This document shows positions 21,262-30,765 of a DNA stretch of 64,000 nt, piece by piece (positions within the stretch are counted from its first letter, which is position 1; every line of letters starts with the position of its first letter). The stretch spans positions 1,504,001 through 1,568,000 of the forward strand of contig OY781089.1 in the NCBI GenBank assembly GCA_963676565.1. The letters are read 5' to 3'. A program made the translations under genes and the position numbers. The DNA is from Halarcobacter sp. Lineage in GTDB: Bacteria; Campylobacterota; Campylobacteria; Campylobacterales; Arcobacteraceae. The notes beneath the pieces are model-generated. The model saw nothing but the letters and a program-made list of their open reading frames with translations. It was not told the DNA's origin and made no database searches.

Positions 21262-22649
21262 TGTATAAAAAGCTAGAAATAAAAAATTTAACTATTTCAT
21301 CAAATGATTCTATATTAGTAAAAGATATAAATTTAAGTGTTGAACAAGGTGTTCCTTTGGTTCTTTTAGGGGAATCTGGTTCCGGAAAATCTTTAATTAT
21401 CGATTCAATTATGGGAAGTTTAAGTCCTAACTTAAAAGTTGAAGGTGAAATATTTTTAGATAAAAAAGATTTATTAAAATTAACATATAAAGATAAAAGA
21501 AAAATGTGGGGGAAAGATATATCATTACTCCCTCAAGAACCTTGGAGAGCTTTAGACCCAACTATGAGGATAGTTGAGCAAGTTAAGGAAGTTCATGAAT
21601 ATATCCACAATGATAAAAAGAATGCGAGAAAAAAAGCATTAAAAGATTTAGATGATGTTGTTTTAAAAGAGTTTAGCAATTCATACCCTTTTGAAATTTC
21701 AGGTGGTATGTGTCAAAGAACAACCATAGCAATTACACATGCTTTTAATTCACAATTACTTTTAGCTGATGAACCAACAAAAGGGCTTGATAAAGAGTTA
21801 TGTATAAATGTTGCAAATAGATTAAATAAAGAACTTGAACAAAATAGACTCCTTTTTGTAATTACCCATGATTTAGATATTGCAAAAAATATAAAAGGAA
21901 ATTTAGGGGTAATTGTTGATGGAAAGCTAATAGAGTATGGAAAAACAGAAGAACTTTTTTCAAATCCAAAGCATCAATATACAAAAAGACTTTTTAAGAG
22001 TCAAAGTTCATTATGGGATATAGAAAAATCCAATAATATAAGTGATGAAGTGATTAAGATAAAAAATCTATCTAAACAATATTCAGATAATAAGCTTTTT
22101 GAAGATTTAAACTTTACTTTGAAAAAAGGTGAGATCACTTCAATTGTTGGAAAAAGTGGAAGTGGAAAAAGTACCTTAGGGGATATAATTCTTGGTTTAA
22201 AAAATCCAACTGCTGGCGAAATAATAAAATCTAAGGGTTTAAATAATTTAAAATTTCAAAAAATCTACCAACAGCCGCCAAGTGCATTTTTACCTAATCA
22301 AATTTTAAAAGAGGGTTTTGAAGATTTAGTAAAACTCCATAATCTTTCTATGAAAAAAGTTTATGAGCTTTTTGAAAAAGTAAATTTAGAAAAAGAGTTA
22401 TTGTATAGAAAACCAGATGAGGTATCAGGTGGACAACTTCAAAGAATGGCGATTGTAAAAGTTTTACTTTTAAAACCAGCATTTATCTTTGCAGATGAAG
22501 CTACCTCAAGGCTTGATTCCATAAGTCAACAAGAAGTTATATATTTGCTAGTTAACATCGTAAAAGAAGAAAACTTATCATTGCTTTTAGTAACCCATGA
22601 TTTAGAAATGGCTCAAAAAGTTTCTAATCAAATTATTTATTTAAAGTAA
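21261..22649 (+). CDS. fused double-domain ABC ATPase (NikD/E type)
   Basis: GESGSGKS and GKSGSGKS, ISGG/VSGG, DEPT/DEAT. Confidence 0.92.
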   Translation: MYKKLEIKNLTISSNDSILVKDINLSVEQGVPLVLLGESGSGKSLIIDSIMGSLSPNLKVEGEIFLDKKDLLKLTYKDKRKMWGKDISLLPQEPWRALDPTMRIVEQVKEVHEYIHNDKKNARKKALKDLDDVVLKEFSNSYPFEISGGMCQRTTIAITHAFNSQLLLADEPTKGLDKELCINVANRLNKELEQNRLLFVITHDLDIAKNIKGNLGVIVDGKLIEYGKTEELFSNPKHQYTKRLFKSQSSLWDIEKSNNISDEVIKIKNLSKQYSDNKLFEDLNFTLKKGEITSIVGKSGSGKSTLGDIILGLKNPTAGEIIKSKGLNNLKFQKIYQQPPSAFLPNQILKEGFEDLVKLHNLSMKKVYELFEKVNLEKELLYRKPDEVSGGQLQRMAIVKVLLLKPAFIFADEATSRLDSISQQEVIYLLVNIVKEENLSLLLVTHDLEMAQKVSNQIIYLK

Positions 22650-22710
22650 AAAATTTCATTGAAGAACAAGTTTAAAAGGATATAGTATTTAAAACACTAA
22701 AAGGTTTTGA

Positions 22711-23580
22711 ATGAAAAATAAAAAAACTGTATCCCTTGTTCTTGGTAGTGGTGGAGCTAGAGGTTATGCTCATATTGGTGTTATAAAAGAACTTGAAGCT
22801 CAAGGTTATGAAATAAAATCTATTTCTGGTTCATCAATGGGCGCATTAATTGGGGGACTTTACGCAGCAGGGAAACTTGGAGAGTATGAACAGTGGGTTG
22901 AAAATTTTAATGTTTTAGATATCTTAAAACTTGTTGATTTTACCTTTTCAAAGGATGGAATGATAAATGGTGAAAAGGTATTTCTAAAAATTGAAGAGAT
23001 GATTGGTGATGTAAATATTGAAGATTTGGATATTTCATTTACAGCAACAGCAACTGATATTTTAAATAGAAAAGAGGTATGGCTTCAAAGAGGATGTTTA
23101 AAAGATGCAATACGTGCTTCAATAGCTATTCCAACCCTTTTTACACCTAAGCAATTAAATGGGAAAACTCTTTTTGACGGAGGGATTTTAAACCCTGTAC
23201 CAATTGTTCCAACTATTTCAGAGTTTACAGATTTAATAATTGCTGTAAATTTAAATGATGATATTGAGATAAAAGAGGAACATAGAAAGCTTTTGGAAAA
23301 AGAGAAAAATAAATTCCATCAAACAGTAATAGATTTTTTCCAAAAAAATATAAAGAGAAAAGAGAATTTAAGTTATTTTCAACTAATAAATAAATCTATT
23401 GAAACTATGCAAGAGGTAATAGCAAGACATCAATTAGCTTCCCATAAACCTGATATCATGGTGAATATATCTTCAAGGGCTTGTGAATTTTATGATTTCC
23501 ATAAAGCATATGAAATGATAAAATATGGACAAGCTGTCACAAAAGAAATACTAGATAAAAAAGAAGAAAAAAGGGATTAA
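22711..23580 (+). CDS. patatin-like phospholipase (RssA-like)
   Basis: GSGGARG, GSSMG, DGG. Confidence 0.92.
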   Translation: MKNKKTVSLVLGSGGARGYAHIGVIKELEAQGYEIKSISGSSMGALIGGLYAAGKLGEYEQWVENFNVLDILKLVDFTFSKDGMINGEKVFLKIEEMIGDVNIEDLDISFTATATDILNRKEVWLQRGCLKDAIRASIAIPTLFTPKQLNGKTLFDGGILNPVPIVPTISEFTDLIIAVNLNDDIEIKEEHRKLLEKEKNKFHQTVIDFFQKNIKRKENLSYFQLINKSIETMQEVIARHQLASHKPDIMVNISSRACEFYDFHKAYEMIKYGQAVTKEILDKKEEKRD

Positions 23581-23590
23581 TCCCTTTTTT
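23567..23590. terminator. palindromic bidirectional terminator within overlapping stops
   Basis: AAAAAAGGGATTAATCCCTTTTTT perfect palindrome. Confidence 0.7.
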
Positions 23591-24773
23591 TTAAATATGT
23601 GTAAATAAACAAAGCAATAATTACAGACAAAATAAAAATATTTGAGAATAGTAAAATTATAAAAAACAAGAAAGCTAATAACATAGCACTGTTTCTTAAA
23701 AATCCTTTTTCAAAAAGTATTATTGCAGTTATTAAACCAATTAAAGCATTTGAAATGAAAAATGCATCAGAAAAAGCTACTAGATTATCCAAAGTAAGAT
23801 AACCCATATAAACTAAAACTAAAGTGATAATATAAAGCACTGAAAGGGAATTTAAAGCTCCAATTGGAACTTTCTTTTTTGTTACTGTTGAAGTATATTT
23901 TGTGAAATTTAGTGAAGAGATTAGTCTAGAAACACCACCAACAAAAAGAATTAGTGTACCAATACATAAAATCACAGATATAGTTGCAAGTATAAAGTTT
24001 GAACTGCTTCCAAAAATTGGAATAATTAACCATACAAGTTTAAACTCTTCATCTTTTGGAAAGTCTCCAAAACATATAGCAAGAATTATTAAAATATAAA
24101 CTGTTGAGATAATAATTGCAGAGACTTTTACTGCATTTGTTAGTGTTTTTGTGTCATCAACATCTTGGGAATAGTTTCCAATAACTTCCCATCCAACTAT
24201 TGACCAAAACACAATTAACAAAGAATAGCCATACTCTTTTATAGAGATGTTTGGAATACTTAAACTAAAATGTTCCACATTTAAAAGGATAAAAATACTT
24301 GAAACAAAAAATATTATTGTAATAGCTGAACTAACTATTAACATCAATTTTCCTAAAAAACCTATTCTAATAAGCAAGGCTAAATAGGTAATTACATAAA
24401 TAAAAAAGCCTAAAAGTTCTATTGAAATATTTGGAAAATAGGGTAGTAGAAATTTTGCAGCAATTATTAAAACTGCAACTGGACCAAAAAAAACTGCACA
24501 TATTAGATAAAAGGAGGTTAGTATTTGGTACTTTTTACCCATAGCTTCTTTTGTCGCTAGTGAAACTCCTCCATCTCCTGGGAATAAAATTGAGAGTTTA
24601 CCAAAAGTAAGAGCAAACAAAAAGCCTAATACTAATATAGTCCCCCATGTAAATATAGAAGCATTTCCAATCATATTATATAAAAGTGCCGGAAGTAAAA
24701 TTACACCTGAACCTAAAATTGGGCCTATTATTAGACCTGAAAGAGTTAATGTATTTAATTTATTTTGATTCAA
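23577..24773 (-). CDS. APC family amino acid permease/exporter (YjeH-like)
   Basis: GPILGSGV TM1 motif, FWSIVGWE, about 12 TM. Confidence 0.8.
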   Translation of the reverse strand: MNQNKLNTLTLSGLIIGPILGSGVILLPALLYNMIGNASIFTWGTILVLGFLFALTFGKLSILFPGDGGVSLATKEAMGKKYQILTSFYLICAVFFGPVAVLIIAAKFLLPYFPNISIELLGFFIYVITYLALLIRIGFLGKLMLIVSSAITIIFFVSSIFILLNVEHFSLSIPNISIKEYGYSLLIVFWSIVGWEVIGNYSQDVDDTKTLTNAVKVSAIIISTVYILIILAICFGDFPKDEEFKLVWLIIPIFGSSSNFILATISVILCIGTLILFVGGVSRLISSLNFTKYTSTVTKKKVPIGALNSLSVLYIITLVLVYMGYLTLDNLVAFSDAFFISNALIGLITAIILFEKGFLRNSAMLLAFLFFIILLFSNIFILSVIIALFIYTYLKKRD

Positions 24774-25665
24774 TCTTTTTCTTTTTTAATATTTTTATAT
24801 TATTTAATACTTTAACGGCTATTATAGTTAAAATTGTCCCAAAAATAATTGAAAAACTAATATTTTCTTCAAGAAATATTGCACTTAATGTAATAGCTGC
24901 AAAGGGAACTAAAAATACAAAGGAACTAACTTCACTAGCTCCAAGTTTTTCAATACCTAAAAAATAAATAGTATTTGCAAAGGTTGAAGCTAAAATTGAG
25001 ATAGACAACATATTTATCCAAAATATTGAATCAAGTTTTGAGTACTCAATCGAACTTAAATCAACAAAAAATAAAAGATTTAAAACTGATGTCACAACAT
25101 ACATATGAAAAGTAAAAGTTATAGGTGATATTTTTATTGCCTTTGAACTAAGAATAGTAACAATTGGCCAAAATATAGAAGCTATAATAAAATATAGATT
25201 GTATGTTACAAAGATTTTTTCACTATCAAATGTCCAAACATGAAGTATTGTCATAACACCAACTGCTCCAAGACCTAAAGCAAAGGCATCTTTTTTTGTA
25301 ACAGTTTTTGCTTTTAATAAAGCCATCATAATAAAAGTATTTATTGGAATTAAACTAGTTACTAATGAACCACCTAATGATGCAGTCCCAAGCTTCACTC
25401 CTAAATAAAAATATTTCATATAAGCAATTAAAGCTATTGAGGTAATAGTTACTAATATAAAGTTTCTAAGACTAATTTTAAATGATTTTTTTAAAATTAT
25501 CATAAGTGGAACCATAGATATTGCTGTAATTATATATCTAAAAGTCATAGTTTCAAATTCATCCATATAAAGACCTAGAAACTTAACATTAACCCATGAA
25601 CCACCCCAACAAACCATTGCAAAAAATAGTAGGATGTAAAATATATTTTTATTTGATTCTGTCAT
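24760..25665 (-). CDS. EamA/DMT family transporter
   Basis: CWGGSW start, two EamA repeats, 10 TM. Confidence 0.85.
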   Translation of the reverse strand: MTESNKNIFYILLFFAMVCWGGSWVNVKFLGLYMDEFETMTFRYIITAISMVPLMIILKKSFKISLRNFILVTITSIALIAYMKYFYLGVKLGTASLGGSLVTSLIPINTFIMMALLKAKTVTKKDAFALGLGAVGVMTILHVWTFDSEKIFVTYNLYFIIASIFWPIVTILSSKAIKISPITFTFHMYVVTSVLNLLFFVDLSSIEYSKLDSIFWINMLSISILASTFANTIYFLGIEKLGASEVSSFVFLVPFAAITLSAIFLEENISFSIIFGTILTIIAVKVLNNIKILKKKKIESK

Positions 25666-25724
25666 AATATCTCTTTTTATTTTAGTCTAACAAAATTTTT
25701 TGGATATTGTATAGAATAAAATTG

Positions 25725-26498
25725 CTAGATAAGAAGTTTAGAGGGAGTATAACCGTAAAGCTTTTTAAAGTTTCTTGTAAAATGAGATTGGTCATTAAAA
25801 CCAACTTCTAAACTAGCTTCAGTGATATTTTTACCACTTAAGATTAAATTATGAGCTTTATTTACCCTTTGATTAATAATAAAGTTATGGGGTGTTTGCC
25901 CAAACTCTTTTTTAAACATTCTTAGAAAATGGTATTTACTTAAAGAAGAGTTTTGTGCTAGCTCATCAAGAGTAAATTTCATATCAAGGGAATCTTTTAT
26001 ATATTCATAAGTTAATTTTACAATTTTTTTGTCATCAAAAATATTGTCTATGTTTTTATGATAAGAGGTGTAATTTATAACTAAATAAGTTAAGGCTTCA
26101 TGTAGTTTTGTTTCTATATCCAATTCGTCAAATCTATTAAAATATGATATAAAAAAGTAGTGAAGTTTTAAGAAAAGTATCTCATCTTTTATAATATGAT
26201 TTAAAAAATAAGGGATTCTTTTTTCTCCATAAATGTTTTCATAAATTGAACTTAATAATTCAATAGTAGGGTAAAAGTTTGCGTGACTCCAAGATTTAGA
26301 AGCCCCACCATGAATATCACCTGGATTATTTAATCTAACTGATTTTTGATAGAAATAAAAATCTTTATTTAAACTAGTTGATTTAAAAATACCATCATAT
26401 GTTATACCCAAAGTATAAGTATCATGAAAATGTTTTGAAAAGTTTTTATTAAGTGTTTTGATATTTTCAAATGAGATATTTTTTAACATGTTGTTCAT
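25725..26498 (-). CDS. AraC family transcriptional regulator
   Basis: HFHDTY cupin; LSKYHFLRMFK...GFNDQSHFTRNFK. Confidence 0.93.
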   Translation of the reverse strand: MNNMLKNISFENIKTLNKNFSKHFHDTYTLGITYDGIFKSTSLNKDFYFYQKSVRLNNPGDIHGGASKSWSHANFYPTIELLSSIYENIYGEKRIPYFLNHIIKDEILFLKLHYFFISYFNRFDELDIETKLHEALTYLVINYTSYHKNIDNIFDDKKIVKLTYEYIKDSLDMKFTLDELAQNSSLSKYHFLRMFKKEFGQTPHNFIINQRVNKAHNLILSGKNITEASLEVGFNDQSHFTRNFKKLYGYTPSKLLI

Positions 26499-26579
26499 AA
26501 TAAATTATATCTAAATAGAAAGGGAAAAAATAGAACAAAATTGCTCTTTTTTAAATTTATAAAAAAGTATAGAAAAAGT

Positions 26580-27869
26580 CTATACTTTTTTTATAGTAAG
26601 TAGAAGTACTACACCAATAACAGCAGCGATAAATGAAGCAACAAAAACTCCTAATTTAACTGCAGCAATTATTCCTTCATCAATGAATGCTAAGTGTGTA
26701 ATGAAAATCGACATTGTAAATCCAATCCCAGCAATAAAACCAACTGCAATAATCTCTTTCCATGAAATATCATCTGGTTTTTCTACTAGTTTCAACTTTG
26801 TTGCAAGATAAGTTAATCCTACTATTCCTATAGGTTTACCTAGTATTAGACCTAATACGACTCCTAAAACAATCATTAAATTTGCATTTACTGTTGAAAA
26901 GTCAATTATTACCCCCGCATTTGAAAAAGCAAATAAAGGCATAATAAAAAAAGCAGATAAACCATGTAATCCATGCTCAAGTCTTACAAGAGGATTTTGA
27001 ACTTTCTCATAGTTATGTGCTATATGATCAAGGTTATGTATTTGTTCATCATTTAAAATGGGGAAATCTTCTTCCATATTTTCTTCAAATTTATGTATAT
27101 CTTTTTTAGTTTTCTTTACAAATTTTTTCTGATCAATTTTTGCTTTTATTGGGATAGTAAAGGCTAATAATACCCCTGCAATTGTTGCATGAATACCAAT
27201 TGCATGAACATAAATCCATAAAGCTATTCCTAAAAGAAGATAAGGGGTTAAAGCTGTAACTTTAAGTTTATTAAGGGAAACTAAAAGAGCCATAATCAAT
27301 ATAACATGTACAAAATATTCAGAGTGTATTTCACTTGTATAAACTGTTGCAACAACAAATATAGCACCTAAATCATCCACCACAGCTAAGGCAACTAAAA
27401 ATACTTTTAAAGCTGGGTTAACTTTATTTCCAAGTAACATCAAAATACCTAAGGCAAAAGCAATATCTGTTGCCATAGGAATACCAAACCCTAATGGATT
27501 AGATGGATTTAAACTCACATAAATAAGTGCAGGAATTATCATACCACCAACTGCTGCAATAATAGGAAATGTAGCTTTATTTATTGTTGAAAGTTCCCCC
27601 ACTAACATCTCTCTTTTAATTTCAAGACCAACCATTAAAAAGAATAATGCCATAAGACCATCATCAATCCAATAGGTTAGAGTCATTGAAACACTCATCT
27701 CTCCTAGATTTATTCCAAGGGGCAAATGCCATAGGTCATAATAATCTTGTCCTAAACTTGAATTTGCAATAATAACTGCCAAAACAGTTGCAACAAAAAG
27801 TAAAATACCACTTAGGGCTTCTTTATTAATAAATTTTTCAAAGTTAGTTAATATAGCAGGTTTAATCAT
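26580..27869 (-). CDS. nhaA: Na+/H+ antiporter NhaA (paralog 1)
   Basis: WIDDGLMALFF, GLEIKRE, PMATDIAF, LAVVDDLGA, GIGFTMS. Confidence 0.95.
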   Translation of the reverse strand: MIKPAILTNFEKFINKEALSGILLFVATVLAVIIANSSLGQDYYDLWHLPLGINLGEMSVSMTLTYWIDDGLMALFFLMVGLEIKREMLVGELSTINKATFPIIAAVGGMIIPALIYVSLNPSNPLGFGIPMATDIAFALGILMLLGNKVNPALKVFLVALAVVDDLGAIFVVATVYTSEIHSEYFVHVILIMALLVSLNKLKVTALTPYLLLGIALWIYVHAIGIHATIAGVLLAFTIPIKAKIDQKKFVKKTKKDIHKFEENMEEDFPILNDEQIHNLDHIAHNYEKVQNPLVRLEHGLHGLSAFFIMPLFAFSNAGVIIDFSTVNANLMIVLGVVLGLILGKPIGIVGLTYLATKLKLVEKPDDISWKEIIAVGFIAGIGFTMSIFITHLAFIDEGIIAAVKLGVFVASFIAAVIGVVLLLTIKKV

Positions 27870-28237
27870 TATAGTCCTTGATCCTTACACTTAGGGCAAA
27901 TACCTTTTATAATAATATTATCAATCTCATAATCTGGAAGATTTATTTCAAGTTTTTCATGGATACATTCAATTTTCGAACATGTATTACAAATAAAATG
28001 GGAATGTTTTTTATTTTTTATTTCATAATATCTTTTTTTATCATTTGATTCAAAAGCATTTATTATACCTTCCTCTTCAAATTTTATAATATTTCTATAG
28101 AAAGTAGCTTTATCCATTGCTAGGTTATTTTTAACCTCTTCATAACAAAGTGGTTTGTTGTATGAATAAAGCAATTCTAAAATTGCTTTTCTTGCTGTTG
28201 TAAGTTTTATGTTTTTTGATATGTTTTCTAAATTCAT
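27869..28237 (-). CDS. Fur-family regulator, probably Zur-like
   Basis: DKATFYR, HSHFIC-x2-C, C-x2-C; divergent from znuA. Confidence 0.88.
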   Translation of the reverse strand: MNLENISKNIKLTTARKAILELLYSYNKPLCYEEVKNNLAMDKATFYRNIIKFEEEGIINAFESNDKKRYYEIKNKKHSHFICNTCSKIECIHEKLEINLPDYEIDNIIIKGICPKCKDQGL

Positions 28238-28292
28238 ATTCTATTATATCAACTTGAATTTAAAATAATATTTGAAAAAGCAATTTTAGATA

Positions 28293-28352
28293 TGCAATTA
28301 AGTTGCATTTAAAAAATTGGTGGTAAAATTCCACAAATGCAACCTAATTGCA
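28293..28352 (+). promoter_or_regulatory. znuA promoter flanked by two TGCAA-N5-TTGCA operators
   Basis: TGCAATTAAGTTGCA (28293), extended -10 TGgTAAAAT (28321-28329), TGCAACCTAATTGCA (28338). Confidence 0.8.
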
Positions 28353-28377
28353 AAAAATAAAAAAAGGATTTATAGAT

Positions 28378-29298
28378 ATGATGAAAAAAATCTTAATTGC
28401 TTTAGCACTATTATCAAGTTTTGTAGTAGCAAAAGAAGTAACTGTTTCAATTTTACCTCAAAAATTTTTCGTAGAAAAAATTGCAGGGGATAAAATTGAT
28501 GTGAATGTAATGGTTAAGCCAGGAGCATCACCAGCTTCATATGAACCTAAAACATCTCAAATGAAAAAATTATCAAACTCTTTAGCATATTTTTCAATTG
28601 GAGTACCTTTTGAAAAATCTTGGTTAGAAAAATTTGAAGATGCAAATAAAAAAATGTTAGTTGTTGATACTACTAAGGGTATTAAAAAACAAGAGATGGA
28701 AGCCCATGAACATCATGATGAAGAAAAACATGATGAAGAAGATAGCCATAAAGACCATGACCATGAAAAAGAGATGCATGAAGATGAAGATCATGCTGGA
28801 CATGATCATACAGGTTTAGACCCTCATGTATGGCTAGATCCAATTTTAGTAAAAAAACAAGCAGAAAACATTTTAAATGCTTTAATAAAAGTTGATGTAC
28901 AAAATAAAGATTTTTATACTAAAAACTATCAATCATTTGTAAAAGAATTAGATGAATTAGATAAAAAGTTAGAATCAATTATTGAACCTTATAAACATAA
29001 AGCATTTATGGTTTTCCATCCATCTTGGGGATATTTTGCAAAAAGATATCATTTAGAGCAAATCTCTATTGAAATTCAAGGAAAAGAACCAAAACCATCA
29101 CAATTAATTGAACTGGTTGAAGAAGCAAAAAAACATGATATAAAAATTGTTTTTGTTGCTCCTCAATTTTCTCAAAAGGGTGCTAAAACTATCTCAAAGA
29201 GTATTAATGGTAATGTTGCAGTTATCAATCCACTATCAGAAAAATGGGATGAAAATCTATTAAAGGTAGCAACAGAAATTGCAAAATCTTATAAGTAA
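28378..29298 (+). CDS. znuA: zinc ABC-type substrate-binding protein (ZnuA/cluster A-I)
   Basis: Signal peptide, His/Asp/Glu-rich loop, DPHVWLDP, FHPSWGYF; ATG 28378 follows AAGGA. Confidence 0.88.
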   Translation: MMKKILIALALLSSFVVAKEVTVSILPQKFFVEKIAGDKIDVNVMVKPGASPASYEPKTSQMKKLSNSLAYFSIGVPFEKSWLEKFEDANKKMLVVDTTKGIKKQEMEAHEHHDEEKHDEEDSHKDHDHEKEMHEDEDHAGHDHTGLDPHVWLDPILVKKQAENILNALIKVDVQNKDFYTKNYQSFVKELDELDKKLESIIEPYKHKAFMVFHPSWGYFAKRYHLEQISIEIQGKEPKPSQLIELVEEAKKHDIKIVFVAPQFSQKGAKTISKSINGNVAVINPLSEKWDENLLKVATEIAKSYK

Positions 29299-30739
29299 AG
29301 TATTTATATTTCTTACACTTTTTACGCACACCCTTTTTGGGTGTGCCCTATGTACAATCTATTCACCTGAAACCAAAGTATCAATTAAAGTTCAAGCAGA
29401 TGAACATAAAATAAAAACAGCAGAGATAACTTGGGTTCTTTCAAAAGAATTTACTAATATGTTAAAAGAGGTTTATGATACAAATCAAAACAATTACCTC
29501 GATAAAAATGAATTGATTCCTGTAGAGCAATCATTATTGGATTATATTGTTCCTAGAAACTATTTAACCCATATTTCATACGACAAAGTTATCAACAAAG
29601 AAGAGAGTTTAAAAGCTAATGTAACTAAAATGAAAAGTTATATAAAAAATTCATTACTTCATTTTAATTATATAATAAAACTTGATTATGATTTAGATAA
29701 AGAAAAGATTTTATATCTAAATATTGATGATAAAGAAAATTACTTTATACTATTATTGGTAAAAAACTCTGTAAAAATTGATGCGCCTTTTGATGTTAAA
29801 AAAATGGTTGATAGAAAAAGTGTTGTTTTCTATCTAGATGGTGTATTAAAAGATGAAAAAATAAACGAAGATAATTTAAAAGAACAAGAAGTTATAGAAT
29901 CTAATATCGATGAAACAAAAAAATTAGAAAAATTAGATGAACCAAAACAAATAAAAGAAGAAACATATCTAGCAAAGTTTTCTAATAAGGTAAAAGAATA
30001 TCTTATCAAAATTGAAAATGGTGATGATTATGCTTTGTTTATTTTATTAGGAATATCTTTTCTTTATGGAATCATTCATGCCCTTGGGCCTGGACATGGT
30101 AAATCTTTAGCCTTTTCTTATTTTTTAGCAAATAAAAGCTCTTTTACAAAAGCATTTTTTATATCTCAAGCTAGTGCTTTTATTCATATAGTTGGAGCTT
30201 TAGTTTTAGTTGTTATTTCTGTTTTTATTCTTCAATCAGTTTTAAACAATTTTGTAAATGATTCAGTTGAAATTTTAACAAAGATAAGTGCTTTTATGAT
30301 AATAGCTTTAGCTGCTTTTATTTTATATAATAAGATTACAAAAAAAAGTTGCTCTTGTTCATCATGTTGTTCTTCTACTTCTTCTCAATCAAACTCTATG
30401 TGGAGTACAACAAAACCTAAAAATACAACAACATTAAAACCAAACTTTATGAAAAAAGATTTATATTTTGTATTAACAGCAGGACTTATTCCTTGTCCAG
30501 GTACTGTTATTCTTTTTATCTATGCTTTTATGTTAAAAACTTATTTTGCAGTTATTTTAGCTTCTATTTTTATTAGTTTAGGGATGGGATTAGTGATTTT
30601 TGCTTCTTCATTTTTAGGAGTATCAGTTCAAAAAGTTAGTGAAAGATCTCATAAGTTAACTAATTTTTTAGAATATTTATCACCAGTAGTGATGTTATTA
30701 TTAGGTATTTTACTATTTTTAAATGCTCAAATGCTCTAG
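29279..30739 (+). CDS. DUF1007-like periplasmic domain fused to RcnA/NiCoT-type metal permease
   Basis: Signal, CALC, YDTNQNNYLDKNE loop; C-terminal HALGPGHGK and GLIPCP motifs. Confidence 0.8.
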   Translation: MQNLISKVFIFLTLFTHTLFGCALCTIYSPETKVSIKVQADEHKIKTAEITWVLSKEFTNMLKEVYDTNQNNYLDKNELIPVEQSLLDYIVPRNYLTHISYDKVINKEESLKANVTKMKSYIKNSLLHFNYIIKLDYDLDKEKILYLNIDDKENYFILLLVKNSVKIDAPFDVKKMVDRKSVVFYLDGVLKDEKINEDNLKEQEVIESNIDETKKLEKLDEPKQIKEETYLAKFSNKVKEYLIKIENGDDYALFILLGISFLYGIIHALGPGHGKSLAFSYFLANKSSFTKAFFISQASAFIHIVGALVLVVISVFILQSVLNNFVNDSVEILTKISAFMIIALAAFILYNKITKKSCSCSSCCSSTSSQSNSMWSTTKPKNTTTLKPNFMKKDLYFVLTAGLIPCPGTVILFIYAFMLKTYFAVILASIFISLGMGLVIFASSFLGVSVQKVSERSHKLTNFLEYLSPVVMLLLGILLFLNAQML

Positions 30740-30765
30740 TTATAAGAAGAGTTTAAAAAATTATT

